28,946 nucleotides of DNA from Burkholderiaceae bacterium (GTDB lineage: Bacteria > Pseudomonadota > Gammaproteobacteria > Burkholderiales > Burkholderiaceae_D), in NCBI GenBank assembly GCA_034933385.1, contig JAYFNP010000095.1:1-28946 (forward strand), given 5' to 3'. Position 1 is the stretch's first letter. Each line of letters begins with the position of its first letter. This document shows positions 17,267-26,693 of the stretch, one piece after another. Made by a program: the position numbers and the translations under genes. The notes below the pieces were generated by a model that saw only the letters and a program-made list of their open reading frames with translations, was not told the origin of the DNA and did no database searches.

Positions 17267-18498
17267 AAACCTACGTCGTCGGCGGTGCGGTGCGCGACCG
17301 GCTGCTCGGCTTGCCGGTGCAGGACCGCGATCACGTGGTGGTCGGCGCGACCCCGGAACGACTGGTGGCGCTCGGCTTCACGCCGGTCGGCAAGGATTTC
17401 CCGGTGTTCCTGCATCCGCAAACGCACGAGGAATATGCGCTGGCGCGCACCGAGCGCAGCACTGGCCCGGGTTACAAGGGATTCACCTTCCACACTGCTC
17501 CGGACGTGACGCTGGAAGAGGACTTGATCCGCCGCGACTTGACCATCAATGCAATCGCGCAGGACGAAGACGGCACGCTGGTCGATCCATTTGGCGGGCA
17601 GCGCGATTTGCAGGCCAAACTGTTTCGTCACGTGTCGCCGGCCTTCGCAGAAGACCCGGTGCGGATTTTGCGCGTCGCACGCTTCGCGGCGCGGTTTGCT
17701 GATTTTGCCATCGCGCCGGAAACGCTGGTGTTAATGCGGCAGATGGTCGCCAACGGCGAAGTCGATCATCTGGTGCCGGAACGCGTCTGGCAGGAACTGG
17801 CGCGCGGGCTGATGGAAGCGACGCCGTCGCGGATGTTCGCGGTGCTGCGCGATTGCGGCGCGCTCAAACATATCTTGCCGGAGCTGGATATATTATGGGG
17901 CGTGCCGCAGCCGGAAATCCATCATCCGGAAATCGATACCGGGGTGCATGTGATGCGGGTGCTCGACCTGGCGGCGCAATGCCGGCATCCGCTGCCGGTG
18001 CGTTTCGCCGCGCTGCTGCATGATCTCGGCAAGGGTCAGACACCGCAACAGGAATGGCCGCACCACCACGGCCACGAAGCGCGCGGCGTCCCGCTGGTGG
18101 GCGCGATCTGCGAACGGCTGCGCGTGCCGAACGATTGCCGCGATCTGGCGCTGATGACCGCGCGCGAACATGGCAACATCGGCCGCGGACTGGAAATGCG
18201 CGCCGAAACGATGGTCGCGTTGTTCGAGCGCTGCGACGCGATCCGCCGGCCGGAACGTTTTCTCGACCTGCTGAAAGCCGCCGAATGCGATTTCCGCGGG
18301 CGCAGCAGCCAGGAACGCAGCTTTGCCGACCAGCCCTACCCGCAAGCGGCGCACTGGCAAGCGGCGCTGGCTGCCGCGCGCGGCGTCGATGCCGGTGCGC
18401 TTGCCCAACAGTTTGCCGAGGAACCAAAACGCATCCCGCCGGCGATTCATGCGGCGCGGATTGCCGCAGTCGATGCTGTCCTGTCGCGCGTGAATTGA
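17263..18498 (+). CDS. cca: Multifunctional CCA-adding enzyme / 2',3'-cyclic phosphodiesterase (HD)
   Basis: MKTYVVGGAVRD, DRD, RRDLTIN, EDPVRILR, HHPEIDTGVH, LLHDLGK, HHGHE. Confidence 0.96.
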   Translation: MKTYVVGGAVRDRLLGLPVQDRDHVVVGATPERLVALGFTPVGKDFPVFLHPQTHEEYALARTERSTGPGYKGFTFHTAPDVTLEEDLIRRDLTINAIAQDEDGTLVDPFGGQRDLQAKLFRHVSPAFAEDPVRILRVARFAARFADFAIAPETLVLMRQMVANGEVDHLVPERVWQELARGLMEATPSRMFAVLRDCGALKHILPELDILWGVPQPEIHHPEIDTGVHVMRVLDLAAQCRHPLPVRFAALLHDLGKGQTPQQEWPHHHGHEARGVPLVGAICERLRVPNDCRDLALMTAREHGNIGRGLEMRAETMVALFERCDAIRRPERFLDLLKAAECDFRGRSSQERSFADQPYPQAAHWQAALAAARGVDAGALAQQFAEEPKRIPPAIHAARIAAVDAVLSRVN

Positions 18499-18501
18499 AC
18501 G
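18485..18501 (+). repeat. 17-bp direct repeat, left copy (cca 3' end)
   Basis: CGCGCGTGAATTGAACG, identical to 19186-19202; contains the cca stop codon. Confidence 0.9.
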
Positions 18502-18551
18502 CCCGCTGACAGGTCACTTTGTTGTCATTATTCAAGGATGAAGGAGATGTG

Positions 18552-19199
18552 ATGACCTGGAAAGACGCCGTCATTCGAGCATTAACCAGAATGTCACTGC
18601 GGCATCACAAGAATTTTTTTCGCCGAACGGATATTCTTCGAGAGGAACTTGAAAATATCAAACAGGATACCGGCTCAGTTGGGGCGACACCGGAACAAAC
18701 ATTAAGCAGAGTACTTCAGAATTTGCGCGATGAAGGGTATCTGGATTTTGATGGAAACGGCGGTTATACATTATTGGATAGCGTTTTTACCCCAACATCT
18801 TCAGATATAGCTGAACAGTATCCCGTTCCCGAACGGTCACCAACGACGATTCACAGAATTATCCGGGATTCTAAAATTGTTTCAGAACTAAAAAGGTTGT
18901 ACTCCTTCAGGTGCCAGATTTGCGAAGTCAGGCTCGAACTGCCATCCGGATTTTACTGTGAAGCCCATCATTTGAAGCCTTTGGGCGCTGCGCATAATGG
19001 GCCCGATGTCAAAAGCAACCTTATCATCGTGTGTCCGAACCACCATGTGATGCTGGATTATGGGTCGATAGAATTGAACGAATCCATTCTGAAGCTGGAT
19101 AAGCACTTGATCGATCAAGAGTTTTACGATTATCACAATAAGAACATCTTTCGGGCTGAGCACATGACAGACATCGCCTTGCCGCCGCGCGTGAATTGA
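18552..19199 (+). CDS. Winged-helix (DpnI-C-like) - HNH endonuclease, putative type IV modification-dependent restriction enzyme
   Basis: AAGGAG RBS at 18541-18546. C-terminal HNH: RD...LY..RCQIC...EAHH..P...NLIIVCPNHH. N-terminal TWKDAV...TLSRVLQNLRDEGYLDFDGNGGYTL resembles the DpnI winged-helix C-terminus. Visibly AT-rich. Confidence 0.8.
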   Translation: MTWKDAVIRALTRMSLRHHKNFFRRTDILREELENIKQDTGSVGATPEQTLSRVLQNLRDEGYLDFDGNGGYTLLDSVFTPTSSDIAEQYPVPERSPTTIHRIIRDSKIVSELKRLYSFRCQICEVRLELPSGFYCEAHHLKPLGAAHNGPDVKSNLIIVCPNHHVMLDYGSIELNESILKLDKHLIDQEFYDYHNKNIFRAEHMTDIALPPRVN

Positions 19200-19202
19200 A
19201 CG
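19186..19202 (+). repeat. 17-bp direct repeat, right copy
   Basis: CGCGCGTGAATTGAACG; supplies the RVN-stop end of the HNH gene. Confidence 0.9.
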
Positions 19203-19299
19203 TTCGCGCCAGCCGATTTTCCGGGAAAGTTGACCTCCGACAAGGGTAATTCCCCGGTTCGGGGCATAATCTAGCTGAAGCTTTCTTAACCCATTCGAA

Positions 19300-19980
19300 A
19301 TGACACGCATGGACGACAAGCCCAGACCGGACGACAAGCCCATCGTTTTCATCAAGGAATTGACCGAGCGCGACCGGCCGTACCTGCTGAACCACTTCAA
19401 GACGCTGGATGCGAACGACCGTTTCCTGCGTTTCGGCAGCGTAGTCACCGACGAGGCGATCGCGCGTTACGTCGATGGCATCGATTTCACCCAGGACACG
19501 ATGTTCGGCGTCTATGAAAGCACCAACAACATGGTCGGCGTCGGCCATCTGTCGATTGCCCGACCGGAATCGCTGCCGGTGCTGGAAGGCTGCGCCCGGC
19601 GGGAAAGCATCGCCGAGTTCGGCGTGTCGGTGCTGGCGGCGGCGCGGCGGATGAATGTCGGCACCCGGTTATTCGAGCGGGCGGTGGTGCATTGCCGCAA
19701 CAAGAATGTCGATACGATGTACATCCATTGTCTGGCGTCGAACAAGCCGATGCTGTGCATTGCGCACAAGGCCGGCATGGAAATCCACCGTGATCACGGC
19801 GAGGTGGATGGCTACCTGAAACTGCCCGATCCGAACCGCGCAACGCTGCTGCACGAGGCGGTCGAGGAACGGGCGGCAACGCTGAACTACGCATTGAATG
19901 GCAAGTTCAAGGTGTCGATCGACTGGTTCCGCAACCTGTTCCACGCGAAATTGAACAGCCATCCGGAAAATAAGGACTAA
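19300..19980 (+). CDS. GNAT family N-acetyltransferase
   Basis: DRFLRFG, AEFGVSVLAAARRMNVGTRL (acetyl-CoA motif A-like), and C...NKPM..IAHKAGM. Confidence 0.85.
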   Translation: MTRMDDKPRPDDKPIVFIKELTERDRPYLLNHFKTLDANDRFLRFGSVVTDEAIARYVDGIDFTQDTMFGVYESTNNMVGVGHLSIARPESLPVLEGCARRESIAEFGVSVLAAARRMNVGTRLFERAVVHCRNKNVDTMYIHCLASNKPMLCIAHKAGMEIHRDHGEVDGYLKLPDPNRATLLHEAVEERAATLNYALNGKFKVSIDWFRNLFHAKLNSHPENKD

Positions 19981-20052
19981 TAAATACCTCTAGGAGTATT
20001 TATGGCGGGCCAGGAAAAACGCGGCCCAATCCCGGTTTTCCCGCTATACCCC
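19980..20052 (-). repeat. Conserved ~75-bp intergenic element, copy F
   Basis: Minus strand: GGGGTATA from 20052, AAAA +12, GGCC +25..28, TAAATAC-TCCTAGAG-GTATTTA with right arm at +64 (one base shorter than the consensus). Confidence 0.75.
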
Positions 20053-20529
20053 GGCAATAATGCGGTGCGGCAATTGCAGGATCGCTTCGGCGTTGGACGA
20101 CGAAAAGCAGCGGTCAGCCGCTTCGCGGTACGGCAGCCAGACATGGTGCAGGTGTTCGCGCGGCGCCAGCACCACCGGCACCGTGCGCGGCACCAGCAGG
20201 CCGAACACATGTTCGGTATTGCGCACCACGCCCGGCGCGTAGCGGTGGCGCCAGGTCGGGTAGATTTCGTAACTGTTGGTCAGTTGCCAGTCGTGCAGGT
20301 TGGCCAGCGGAACTTCGCTGCCGGTCGACGCACCGCGGGCGACAATGCGGATGCCGGTTTCTTCCTGCACTTCACGCTTGGCCGTTTCCGGCAGCGGTTC
20401 ATCCAGGCTGTTTCTTGAGCCGGTGACCGATTGCCAGAAGCCGGGCTTGTCGGCACGCTCAATCAGCAGCACCTCCAGCTCGACGGTGTGGATCACTACC
20501 AGGACCGATTCGGGGATTTTGTAGGCCAT
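20044..20529 (-). CDS. nudB: Dihydroneopterin triphosphate diphosphatase (Nudix)
   Basis: YKIPESVLVVIHT, WQSVTGS, Nudix box AKREVQEETGI, YAPGV..NTEHVF, SSSNAEAI; follows aspS as usual. Confidence 0.93.
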   Translation of the reverse strand: MAYKIPESVLVVIHTVELEVLLIERADKPGFWQSVTGSRNSLDEPLPETAKREVQEETGIRIVARGASTGSEVPLANLHDWQLTNSYEIYPTWRHRYAPGVVRNTEHVFGLLVPRTVPVVLAPREHLHHVWLPYREAADRCFSSSNAEAILQLPHRIIAGV

Positions 20530-20543
20530 CGCCAGTTCGCAAC

Positions 20544-20571
20544 AAAAAAGAGCGGGGTGTCCGCTCTTTTT
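20544..20571. terminator. Intrinsic terminator between aspS and nudB
   Basis: AAAAAAGAGCGG-GGTGT-CCGCTCTTTTT hairpin with U-tracts on both strands. Confidence 0.8.
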
Positions 20572-20591
20572 ATTTTACCGCTGAAACCCGC

Positions 20592-22412
20592 TCAAGACTT
20601 GACGGCAGGTTCCACATTGCGCAACCGGATATGCAGTTCGCGCAACTGCTTTTCGTCGACTGGCGTCGGTGCCTGGGTCAGCAGGCATTGCGCGCGCTGG
20701 GTTTTCGGGAACGCGATCACGTCGCGGATCGATTCGGCGCCGGTCATCATCGTGACGATCCGATCCAGGCCGAATGCCAGCCCGCCGTGCGGCGGCGCAC
20801 CGTACTGCAGTGCATCCAGCAGGAAGCCGAATTTCAGTTGCGCTTCTTCGGCATCGATCTTCAGTGCACGGAATACCTTGCTCTGCACCGCTTCCTTGTG
20901 AATCCGGATCGAGCCGCCGCCGAGTTCCCAGCCGTTCAATACCATGTCGTACGCCTTGGCCAGACAGTGGCCCGGATCGGATTCGAGCAAATCCTCGTGG
21001 CCGTCTTTCGGCGACGTGAACGGATGATGGCAGGCATTCCAGCGATTGCCTTCTTCGTCATATTCGAACATCGGGAAATCGACTACCCACAACGGTTTCC
21101 AGCCTTCTTCCAGCAAGCCGTTTTTCTTGCCATATTCGGAATGGCCGATCTTGACGCGCAACGCGCCCATCGCGTCATTAACCACCCGCGTCTTGTCGGC
21201 GCCAAAGAAAATCAGGTCGCCGTTCTGTGCGCCGGTGCGTTCCAGGATGGCGCTCAGCGCTGCTTCGTGCAGGTTTTTCACGATCGGCGATTGCAAGCCG
21301 GCGGCGCCTTTATCCTTGTCATTGACCTGGATGTAGGCCAGCCCCTTCGCGCCATAAATCGCGACAAACTGGGTGTAACCATCGATTTCGGAACGCGGCA
21401 TGCCGCCTTCCCCTTTCCTGGCGGCGCCGGGCACGCGCAATGCGACCACGCGGCCGTTGTCCATGTTGGCGGCATTGCTGAATACCTTGAACGGCACGTC
21501 CTTCATCACGTCTGTCAGCTCGGTGAATTCGAGCTTGACGCGCATGTCCGGCTTGTCGGAACCGTACTTGCCCATCGCGGTGGCGTAATCCATCACCGGG
21601 AACGGGTTCGGCAGATCGACGTCGATCGCATTCTTGAACACCGTGCGCAGCATGCCTTCGAACAGGTCGCGGATTTCCTGCTCATCCATGAACGAAGTTT
21701 CGCAGTCGATCTGCGTGAATTCCGGCTGGCGATCGGCGCGCAAGTCTTCGTCGCGGAAACATTTGGTGATCTGGTAATAGCGGTCGAAGTTCGCCACCAT
21801 CAGCAATTGCTTGAACAACTGCGGCGACTGCGGCAGCGCGAAGAAACAGCCGTCATTGACGCGCGACGGCACCAGATAATCGCGCGCCCCTTCCGGCGTC
21901 GATTTGGTCAGCATCGGCGTTTCGATGTCGATGAAGCCGTTGGCATCGAGGAATTTGCGCACTTCCATCGTCACCTTGTAGCGCAGCCGCAGGTTGTTTT
22001 GCATCTGCGGGCGGCGCAGGTCGAGCACGCGGTGCGTCAGGCGCGTGGTTTCGGACAGGTTGTCGTCATCGAGCTGGAACGGCGGCGTGACCGACGGGTT
22101 CAATACTTCGAGCTGTTCGCAAAAGACTTCAATCTGGCCCGAAGTCAGATTGGTATTGACGGTGCCTTCCGGTCGCGCACGTACGGTGCCGGTGACGCGC
22201 AGGCAGAATTCGTTGCGCACCGTCTCGGCATTCTTGAACACTTCCGGCCGGTCCGGATCGCACACCACCTGCACCAGACCTTCGCGGTCGCGCAGGTCGA
22301 TGAAGATGATGCCGCCGTGGTCGCGGCGGCGGTGTACCCAGCCGCACAGGCTGACGGTTTGGCCGAGAAGCGCCTCGGTGGTGAGGCCGCAATAGTTGGT
22401 TCGCATGGACAT
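20592..22412 (-). CDS. aspS: Aspartyl-tRNA synthetase, probably non-discriminating (Asp/Asn)
   Basis: MRTNYCG, RRRDHGG (His/Gly signature of the ND type, plus RPEG), [38 protein letters not shown]. Start is 22412 or 22406. Confidence 0.97.
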   Translation of the reverse strand: MSMRTNYCGLTTEALLGQTVSLCGWVHRRRDHGGIIFIDLRDREGLVQVVCDPDRPEVFKNAETVRNEFCLRVTGTVRARPEGTVNTNLTSGQIEVFCEQLEVLNPSVTPPFQLDDDNLSETTRLTHRVLDLRRPQMQNNLRLRYKVTMEVRKFLDANGFIDIETPMLTKSTPEGARDYLVPSRVNDGCFFALPQSPQLFKQLLMVANFDRYYQITKCFRDEDLRADRQPEFTQIDCETSFMDEQEIRDLFEGMLRTVFKNAIDVDLPNPFPVMDYATAMGKYGSDKPDMRVKLEFTELTDVMKDVPFKVFSNAANMDNGRVVALRVPGAARKGEGGMPRSEIDGYTQFVAIYGAKGLAYIQVNDKDKGAAGLQSPIVKNLHEAALSAILERTGAQNGDLIFFGADKTRVVNDAMGALRVKIGHSEYGKKNGLLEEGWKPLWVVDFPMFEYDEEGNRWNACHHPFTSPKDGHEDLLESDPGHCLAKAYDMVLNGWELGGGSIRIHKEAVQSKVFRALKIDAEEAQLKFGFLLDALQYGAPPHGGLAFGLDRIVTMMTGAESIRDVIAFPKTQRAQCLLTQAPTPVDEKQLRELHIRLRNVEPAVKS

Positions 22413-22488
22413 GGTTGTTACCTGTATGGATTCAAGCAGTGAGTCTGGTATGGCTTGCGTGGATAAAAGGGTGAAAATGCAGCGTACG

Positions 22489-23076
22489 TTATGTCGGCGC
22501 TACGACACCCATCGAAATAATGTATTTCAGCGCGTCATCGACCGACATGTTCAGTTCAATTACATCGGAACGGCGCAGCATCAGGAAAAAGCCGGAAGTC
22601 GGGTTCGGCGTGGTCGGCACATAGATGCTGACATAATCGCCGGGCAAATGGTTGCGCACGTCGCCACCGGGCGCGCCGGTGATGAAGGCGATGGTCCACA
22701 GGCTGTCACGCGGATACTGCACCAGCACCGCCGTCCGAAACGCATTGCCGGAAGACGAAAACAGCGTGTCGGATACCTGCTTGACACCAAAATACAGCGT
22801 ATTTACGATCGGAATTCGCCGCAGCAGGCTTTCCCACATCTGATGCACGTAATTGCCGACGAAATTGCGTACCAACAGGCCGGTGACGAAAATCACGACT
22901 ACCGTCAGCAGGGCGCCGGAACCGGGGATATGGAAACCGACCAGCGCATCCGGCCGCCAACTGGCCGGTAGCAGCAGCAGCGATTGGTCCATCGTGACAA
23001 TCACCAGATGCAATACCCAGGCGGTGATCGCCAGCGGGATCAGTACCAGCAGTCCGGTGATGAAGTATTTACGCAT
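22489..23076 (-). CDS. DUF502 domain membrane protein
   Basis: [18 protein letters not shown]...RIPIV..LY..VKQ...[13 protein letters not shown]-type motif (here [14 protein letters not shown]). Confidence 0.9.
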   Translation of the reverse strand: MRKYFITGLLVLIPLAITAWVLHLVIVTMDQSLLLLPASWRPDALVGFHIPGSGALLTVVVIFVTGLLVRNFVGNYVHQMWESLLRRIPIVNTLYFGVKQVSDTLFSSSGNAFRTAVLVQYPRDSLWTIAFITGAPGGDVRNHLPGDYVSIYVPTTPNPTSGFFLMLRRSDVIELNMSVDDALKYIISMGVVAPT

Positions 23077-23106
23077 GGGGTCGGTGGATGTGAGTCGTGA
23101 ACGCTG

Positions 23107-23331
23107 TCAGCCGCACGGGCCGCCCATGCAGCTGCCGCCGAACGCACAGGGCGGCAATCCTTGCGACGCGCTGCCGCTCGCGCCTTCGCTGGCGATGGAT
23201 GGGGCCGACAATTGTTTCTTCAACGCGGGTTTGCCGCAGGACGGGCAATCGGTCAGCAGCGGATCGGAAAGCTTTTGCAGCACCTCTTGCGCAAAACCGC
23301 ATTCTTCACAGCGATAGGAATAAATGGGCAT
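23107..23331 (-). CDS. FmdB family zinc-ribbon protein
   Basis: MPIYSYRCEECG...CPSCG; start moved to ATG 23331. Confidence 0.85.
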   Translation of the reverse strand: MPIYSYRCEECGFAQEVLQKLSDPLLTDCPSCGKPALKKQLSAPSIASEGASGSASQGLPPCAFGGSCMGGPCG

Positions 23332-23439
23332 GGTAATTTCCGGAAAAACGTGCAAAACATTGGATTATAAAGGTTTTCCGAGCATTATTGCGCATATCGC
23401 GGGGCATGGAAAGCTTGCCCGTCCTGCCGGCACCGGACG

Positions 23440-24870
23440 CTAGGCCGCACTGGGTTCAGCTTGGGGCGGGCTGCCCGGCAACAGCGAGAAGACCAGCATG
23501 CCGGCCAGGCTGAGCAGCACGCCAACCAGTTGCGGCGGCCAGAAGCCTTCCGGCGCGAGAAATTCCAGCAGTATCCACGAGGTCAGCCCGAGAACCATCG
23601 ACGCCATCGCGCCGCGGCTGTTGGCGCGCTTCCAGTACATGCCGAAGGTCAGTGGCACGAATGCGGCGACCAGCGTCACCTTGTACGCGTTCTCAACCAT
23701 CTGGAAAATGCTGGAACCGGAATTCAGCGCAAACAGCGTGACAATCGCAGTAAATACCAGCACCACCACCCGCATCATCAACAGGAATTGCTTGTCGCTC
23801 TGGTTTGGCAGCCATTCGCGCAGGATGTTTTCCGAGAAGGTAACCGACGGCGCCAGCAAGGTCGCGCTGGCGCAGCTCTTGATCGCGGACAGCAACGCGC
23901 CAAAGAACATCACTTGCGCAAATACCGGCACCTTGGTCATGATCAGGGTCGGCAGGATCAGTTGCGAATCCTTGTCGATCAGGTTCTCGACCATCGCCGG
24001 ATCGATCAGCGTCGCCGAGTAAGCCAAAAACATCGGCACGAACGCGAAGATGAAATACAGCACGCCGCCGAGCACCGACGCATTGCGCGCCACGGTTTCG
24101 CTCTCGGACGAGGCGACCCGCTGGAATACGTCCTGTTGCGGAATCGAGCCGAGCATCATCGTGATCCAGGCGGCGAAGAACCACAGCACTTCACGCGGCG
24201 ACGGCTGCGGCCAGAAATTCAGCTTGCCAGAGACGGCCGCATGTTCGATCACCGCGTGCGCGCCGCCGACCATGCCGGAAATTTCCCAGCCGATGTACAG
24301 CATGCCGACCACGATGATGATCATCTGCAGGAAATCGGTGATCGCCACCGACCACATGCCACCCATCAGCGTGTACACCAGGATGCTGGCCGCGCCGATC
24401 AGCATGCCGATTTCCGGCGAGATGTAACCGCCGGACACCACGTTGAATACCAGACCCAGCGCCTTGATCTGCGCCGCGACCCAGCCGAGATAGGAGACCA
24501 CGATGCACAGCGTGACCAGTACTTCTACCTTGCGGCCGAAACGGTCGCGGTAATAGTCGCCGATCGTCAGCAAGTTCATCCGGTACAGTTTTTTGGCAAA
24601 AAACAGGCCGACGAACACCAGACACAGCGACGAACCGAATGGGTCGGACACCACGCCGCGCAAGCCTTCTTTCAGAAATGCCGACGGGATGCCCAGTACG
24701 GTTTCGGAACCGAACCAGGTCGCGAATACAGTCGCGGTCACGACCGACATCGGCAGCGCGCGGCCGGCAATGGCAAAGTCTTTCGAATTGTTCACGTAAC
24801 GGGCAGCGTAGATGCCGATGCCGACCGAAATGACCCAGTAGAGGATGACGAACCAGATTAGCGCATTCAT
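23440..24870 (-). CDS. Sodium:solute symporter family protein
   Basis: About 13 TM segments, FAIAGRALP, TVFATWFGSETVLG, YTLMGGMWSVAITDFLQ and QDVFQR motifs. Confidence 0.9.
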   Translation of the reverse strand: MNALIWFVILYWVISVGIGIYAARYVNNSKDFAIAGRALPMSVVTATVFATWFGSETVLGIPSAFLKEGLRGVVSDPFGSSLCLVFVGLFFAKKLYRMNLLTIGDYYRDRFGRKVEVLVTLCIVVSYLGWVAAQIKALGLVFNVVSGGYISPEIGMLIGAASILVYTLMGGMWSVAITDFLQMIIIVVGMLYIGWEISGMVGGAHAVIEHAAVSGKLNFWPQPSPREVLWFFAAWITMMLGSIPQQDVFQRVASSESETVARNASVLGGVLYFIFAFVPMFLAYSATLIDPAMVENLIDKDSQLILPTLIMTKVPVFAQVMFFGALLSAIKSCASATLLAPSVTFSENILREWLPNQSDKQFLLMMRVVVLVFTAIVTLFALNSGSSIFQMVENAYKVTLVAAFVPLTFGMYWKRANSRGAMASMVLGLTSWILLEFLAPEGFWPPQLVGVLLSLAGMLVFSLLPGSPPQAEPSAA

Positions 24871-25024
24871 TTATGTCGGGTGGCGTGAACAAATGCTGGT
24901 TGGGAAAAGATGGCGCATTATAACGACACCGGCAGGCATTTCAAGAAAATTCCGCAAGTGTATGAAAATACGCACATTTGCCCCATTTTGGCGCAAGCAG
25001 ATGGAGCCTTCGCGTCAGTTCGAA

Positions 25025-26590
25025 TCAGAACAAATGACGCAGGCTGGCTAACAACCGGATAATCAGAATGCCTGCCAGCAGGCCACCGCCGAAATAGATG
25101 ATTGCGCCGAGCCGGCGGTTGATACGCCGTTGTTCGTCCAGCATAGTTTGCAACTGGCCGTTGTCTGGCACTGGCGGTGTTGCGTGATGGTTCAGCGCCT
25201 GATGAATCAGGCGCGGCAGTTGCGGCAGCAATTGGCTGTAACGCGGTGCTTCCGCTCTCAGCCGTTCGAGTAGTCCGCGCCAGCCGATTTGCTGCTTCAT
25301 CCAGTTTTCCAGAAAAGGCTTGGCAGTTGTCCACAGGTCGAGATTCGGATCGAGCTGCCGCCCCAGGCCTTCAATATTGAACAGGGTTTTTTGCAGCAGT
25401 ACCAGTTGCGGCTGGATTTCGATGTTGAAGCGACGCGAAGTCTGGAACAGCCGCAATAGCACCTGTGCAAATGAAATATCTTTCAGCGGCCGGTCGAACA
25501 CCGGTTCGCAGCAGGCGCGCACTGCGCCTTCCAGTTCGTCGACGCGGGTATTCTTTGGCGCCCAGCCGGATTCGATATGTATTTCGGCAACGCGCTTGTA
25601 GTCGCGGCGGAAAAAAGCAATCAGGTTTTGCGCCAAGTAATTTTTGTCTAAATCGCTCAGCATGCCGACGATGCCGAAATCGAGTGCGATGTAGCGGCCG
25701 AAAGTCGCTGGCTCGGCCGACACCATGATATTGCCGGGATGCATGTCGGCATGGAAGAAACCGTCGCGAAAGACTTGCGTCAGGAAAATTTCGACGCCAT
25801 GGCGCGACAATTGGCACACATCGACGCCGGCAGCAATCAGCTGGTCGCGTTGCGAGATTGGAATGCCGCGCATCCGCTCCATCACGATCACGCTGGTCGT
25901 GCAGAATTCCCAGATCATTTCCGGCACCAGCAGCAGTTCGGAACCGGCAAAATTGCGGCGCAACTGGCTGCCGTTGGCCGCTTCGCGCAGCAAGTCGAGT
26001 TCGTCGTGCAGGATATGGTCGAATTCGGCAATGACTTGTTTCGGCTTCAGCCGCCGACCATCGATCCACAGCCGTTCGACCCAGCCGGCAGCCAGATGCA
26101 TCAATGCCAGATCGTTGTCGATCAACCGCTCGACGCCAGGGCGCAAGACCTTGACCGCGACTTCGCGGCCATCCTTGAGTACTGCGAAATGTACTTGCGC
26201 GATCGAGGCGGACGCCACCGGTTCACGTTCGAAGTGTGCAAACAACTGCTCCGGCGGCGCCCCCAGCGCCTGAGTAATTTGCATGATGGCCAGACGGGAA
26301 TCGAATGGTGGCACCTGATCCTGCAGCTTGGCCAGTTCGTCGGCGATGTCGGTCGGCAGCAAGTCGCGCCGGGTGGACAGCACTTGCCCGAATTTGACGA
26401 AGATCGGCCCGAGGTTTTCCAGCGCACGCCGCAGTCGTTCGCCGCGTGGTGCTAGTGGCCGGTGCCAGACGAACAATGCTTTGGCCAGTCCGATAAAGCC
26501 GGCAGCGACCGGCCCCGGCGAGGCGAATTCATCCAGTCCGTAGCGCAACGCGATGCGCGCGATTTTCAGCAAGCGGAACAGTTTACGCAT
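25025..26590 (-). CDS. ubiB: Ubiquinone biosynthesis kinase-like protein UbiB
   Basis: [51 protein letters not shown]; start at ATG 26590 (MRKLFRL). Confidence 0.95.
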   Translation of the reverse strand: MRKLFRLLKIARIALRYGLDEFASPGPVAAGFIGLAKALFVWHRPLAPRGERLRRALENLGPIFVKFGQVLSTRRDLLPTDIADELAKLQDQVPPFDSRLAIMQITQALGAPPEQLFAHFEREPVASASIAQVHFAVLKDGREVAVKVLRPGVERLIDNDLALMHLAAGWVERLWIDGRRLKPKQVIAEFDHILHDELDLLREAANGSQLRRNFAGSELLLVPEMIWEFCTTSVIVMERMRGIPISQRDQLIAAGVDVCQLSRHGVEIFLTQVFRDGFFHADMHPGNIMVSAEPATFGRYIALDFGIVGMLSDLDKNYLAQNLIAFFRRDYKRVAEIHIESGWAPKNTRVDELEGAVRACCEPVFDRPLKDISFAQVLLRLFQTSRRFNIEIQPQLVLLQKTLFNIEGLGRQLDPNLDLWTTAKPFLENWMKQQIGWRGLLERLRAEAPRYSQLLPQLPRLIHQALNHHATPPVPDNGQLQTMLDEQRRINRRLGAIIYFGGGLLAGILIIRLLASLRHLF

Positions 26591-26625
26591 GGTGAGTTCA
26601 GGTGTCGGAGCGGATGGGTAAAACA

Positions 26626-26655
26626 AAACCGCCCGCAATTTCTCGCGGGCGGTTT
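26626..26655 (-). terminator. Intrinsic terminator after the Tim44-domain gene
   Basis: AAACCGCCCGC-N8-GCGGGCGGTTT followed on the minus strand by TGTTTT. Confidence 0.8.
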
Positions 26656-26693
26656 CAAGTGTAACAGTTTGTCGGCGATTCGCCGATGCCTGG

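Noticed and set aside
19243-19256. AAGGGTAATTCCCC imperfect palindrome upstream of the GNAT gene
   Set aside because: A single imperfect instance that does not match the element's spacing. It could be an operator but cannot be supported from this window.
20015-20052. Tn3-family inverted repeat (GGGG...GAAAAC) at the element end
   Set aside because: There is no terminal TAAG at positions 35-38, no paired IRs with a 5-bp target duplication, and no transposase or resolvase in the window.
1034-20529. One-carbon/folate regulon explanation for the element (adjacent to metF, ygfA, nudB, pduO)
   Set aside because: At metF, ygfA and nudB the element lies at the 3' end, so it cannot be a shared upstream operator for these genes.
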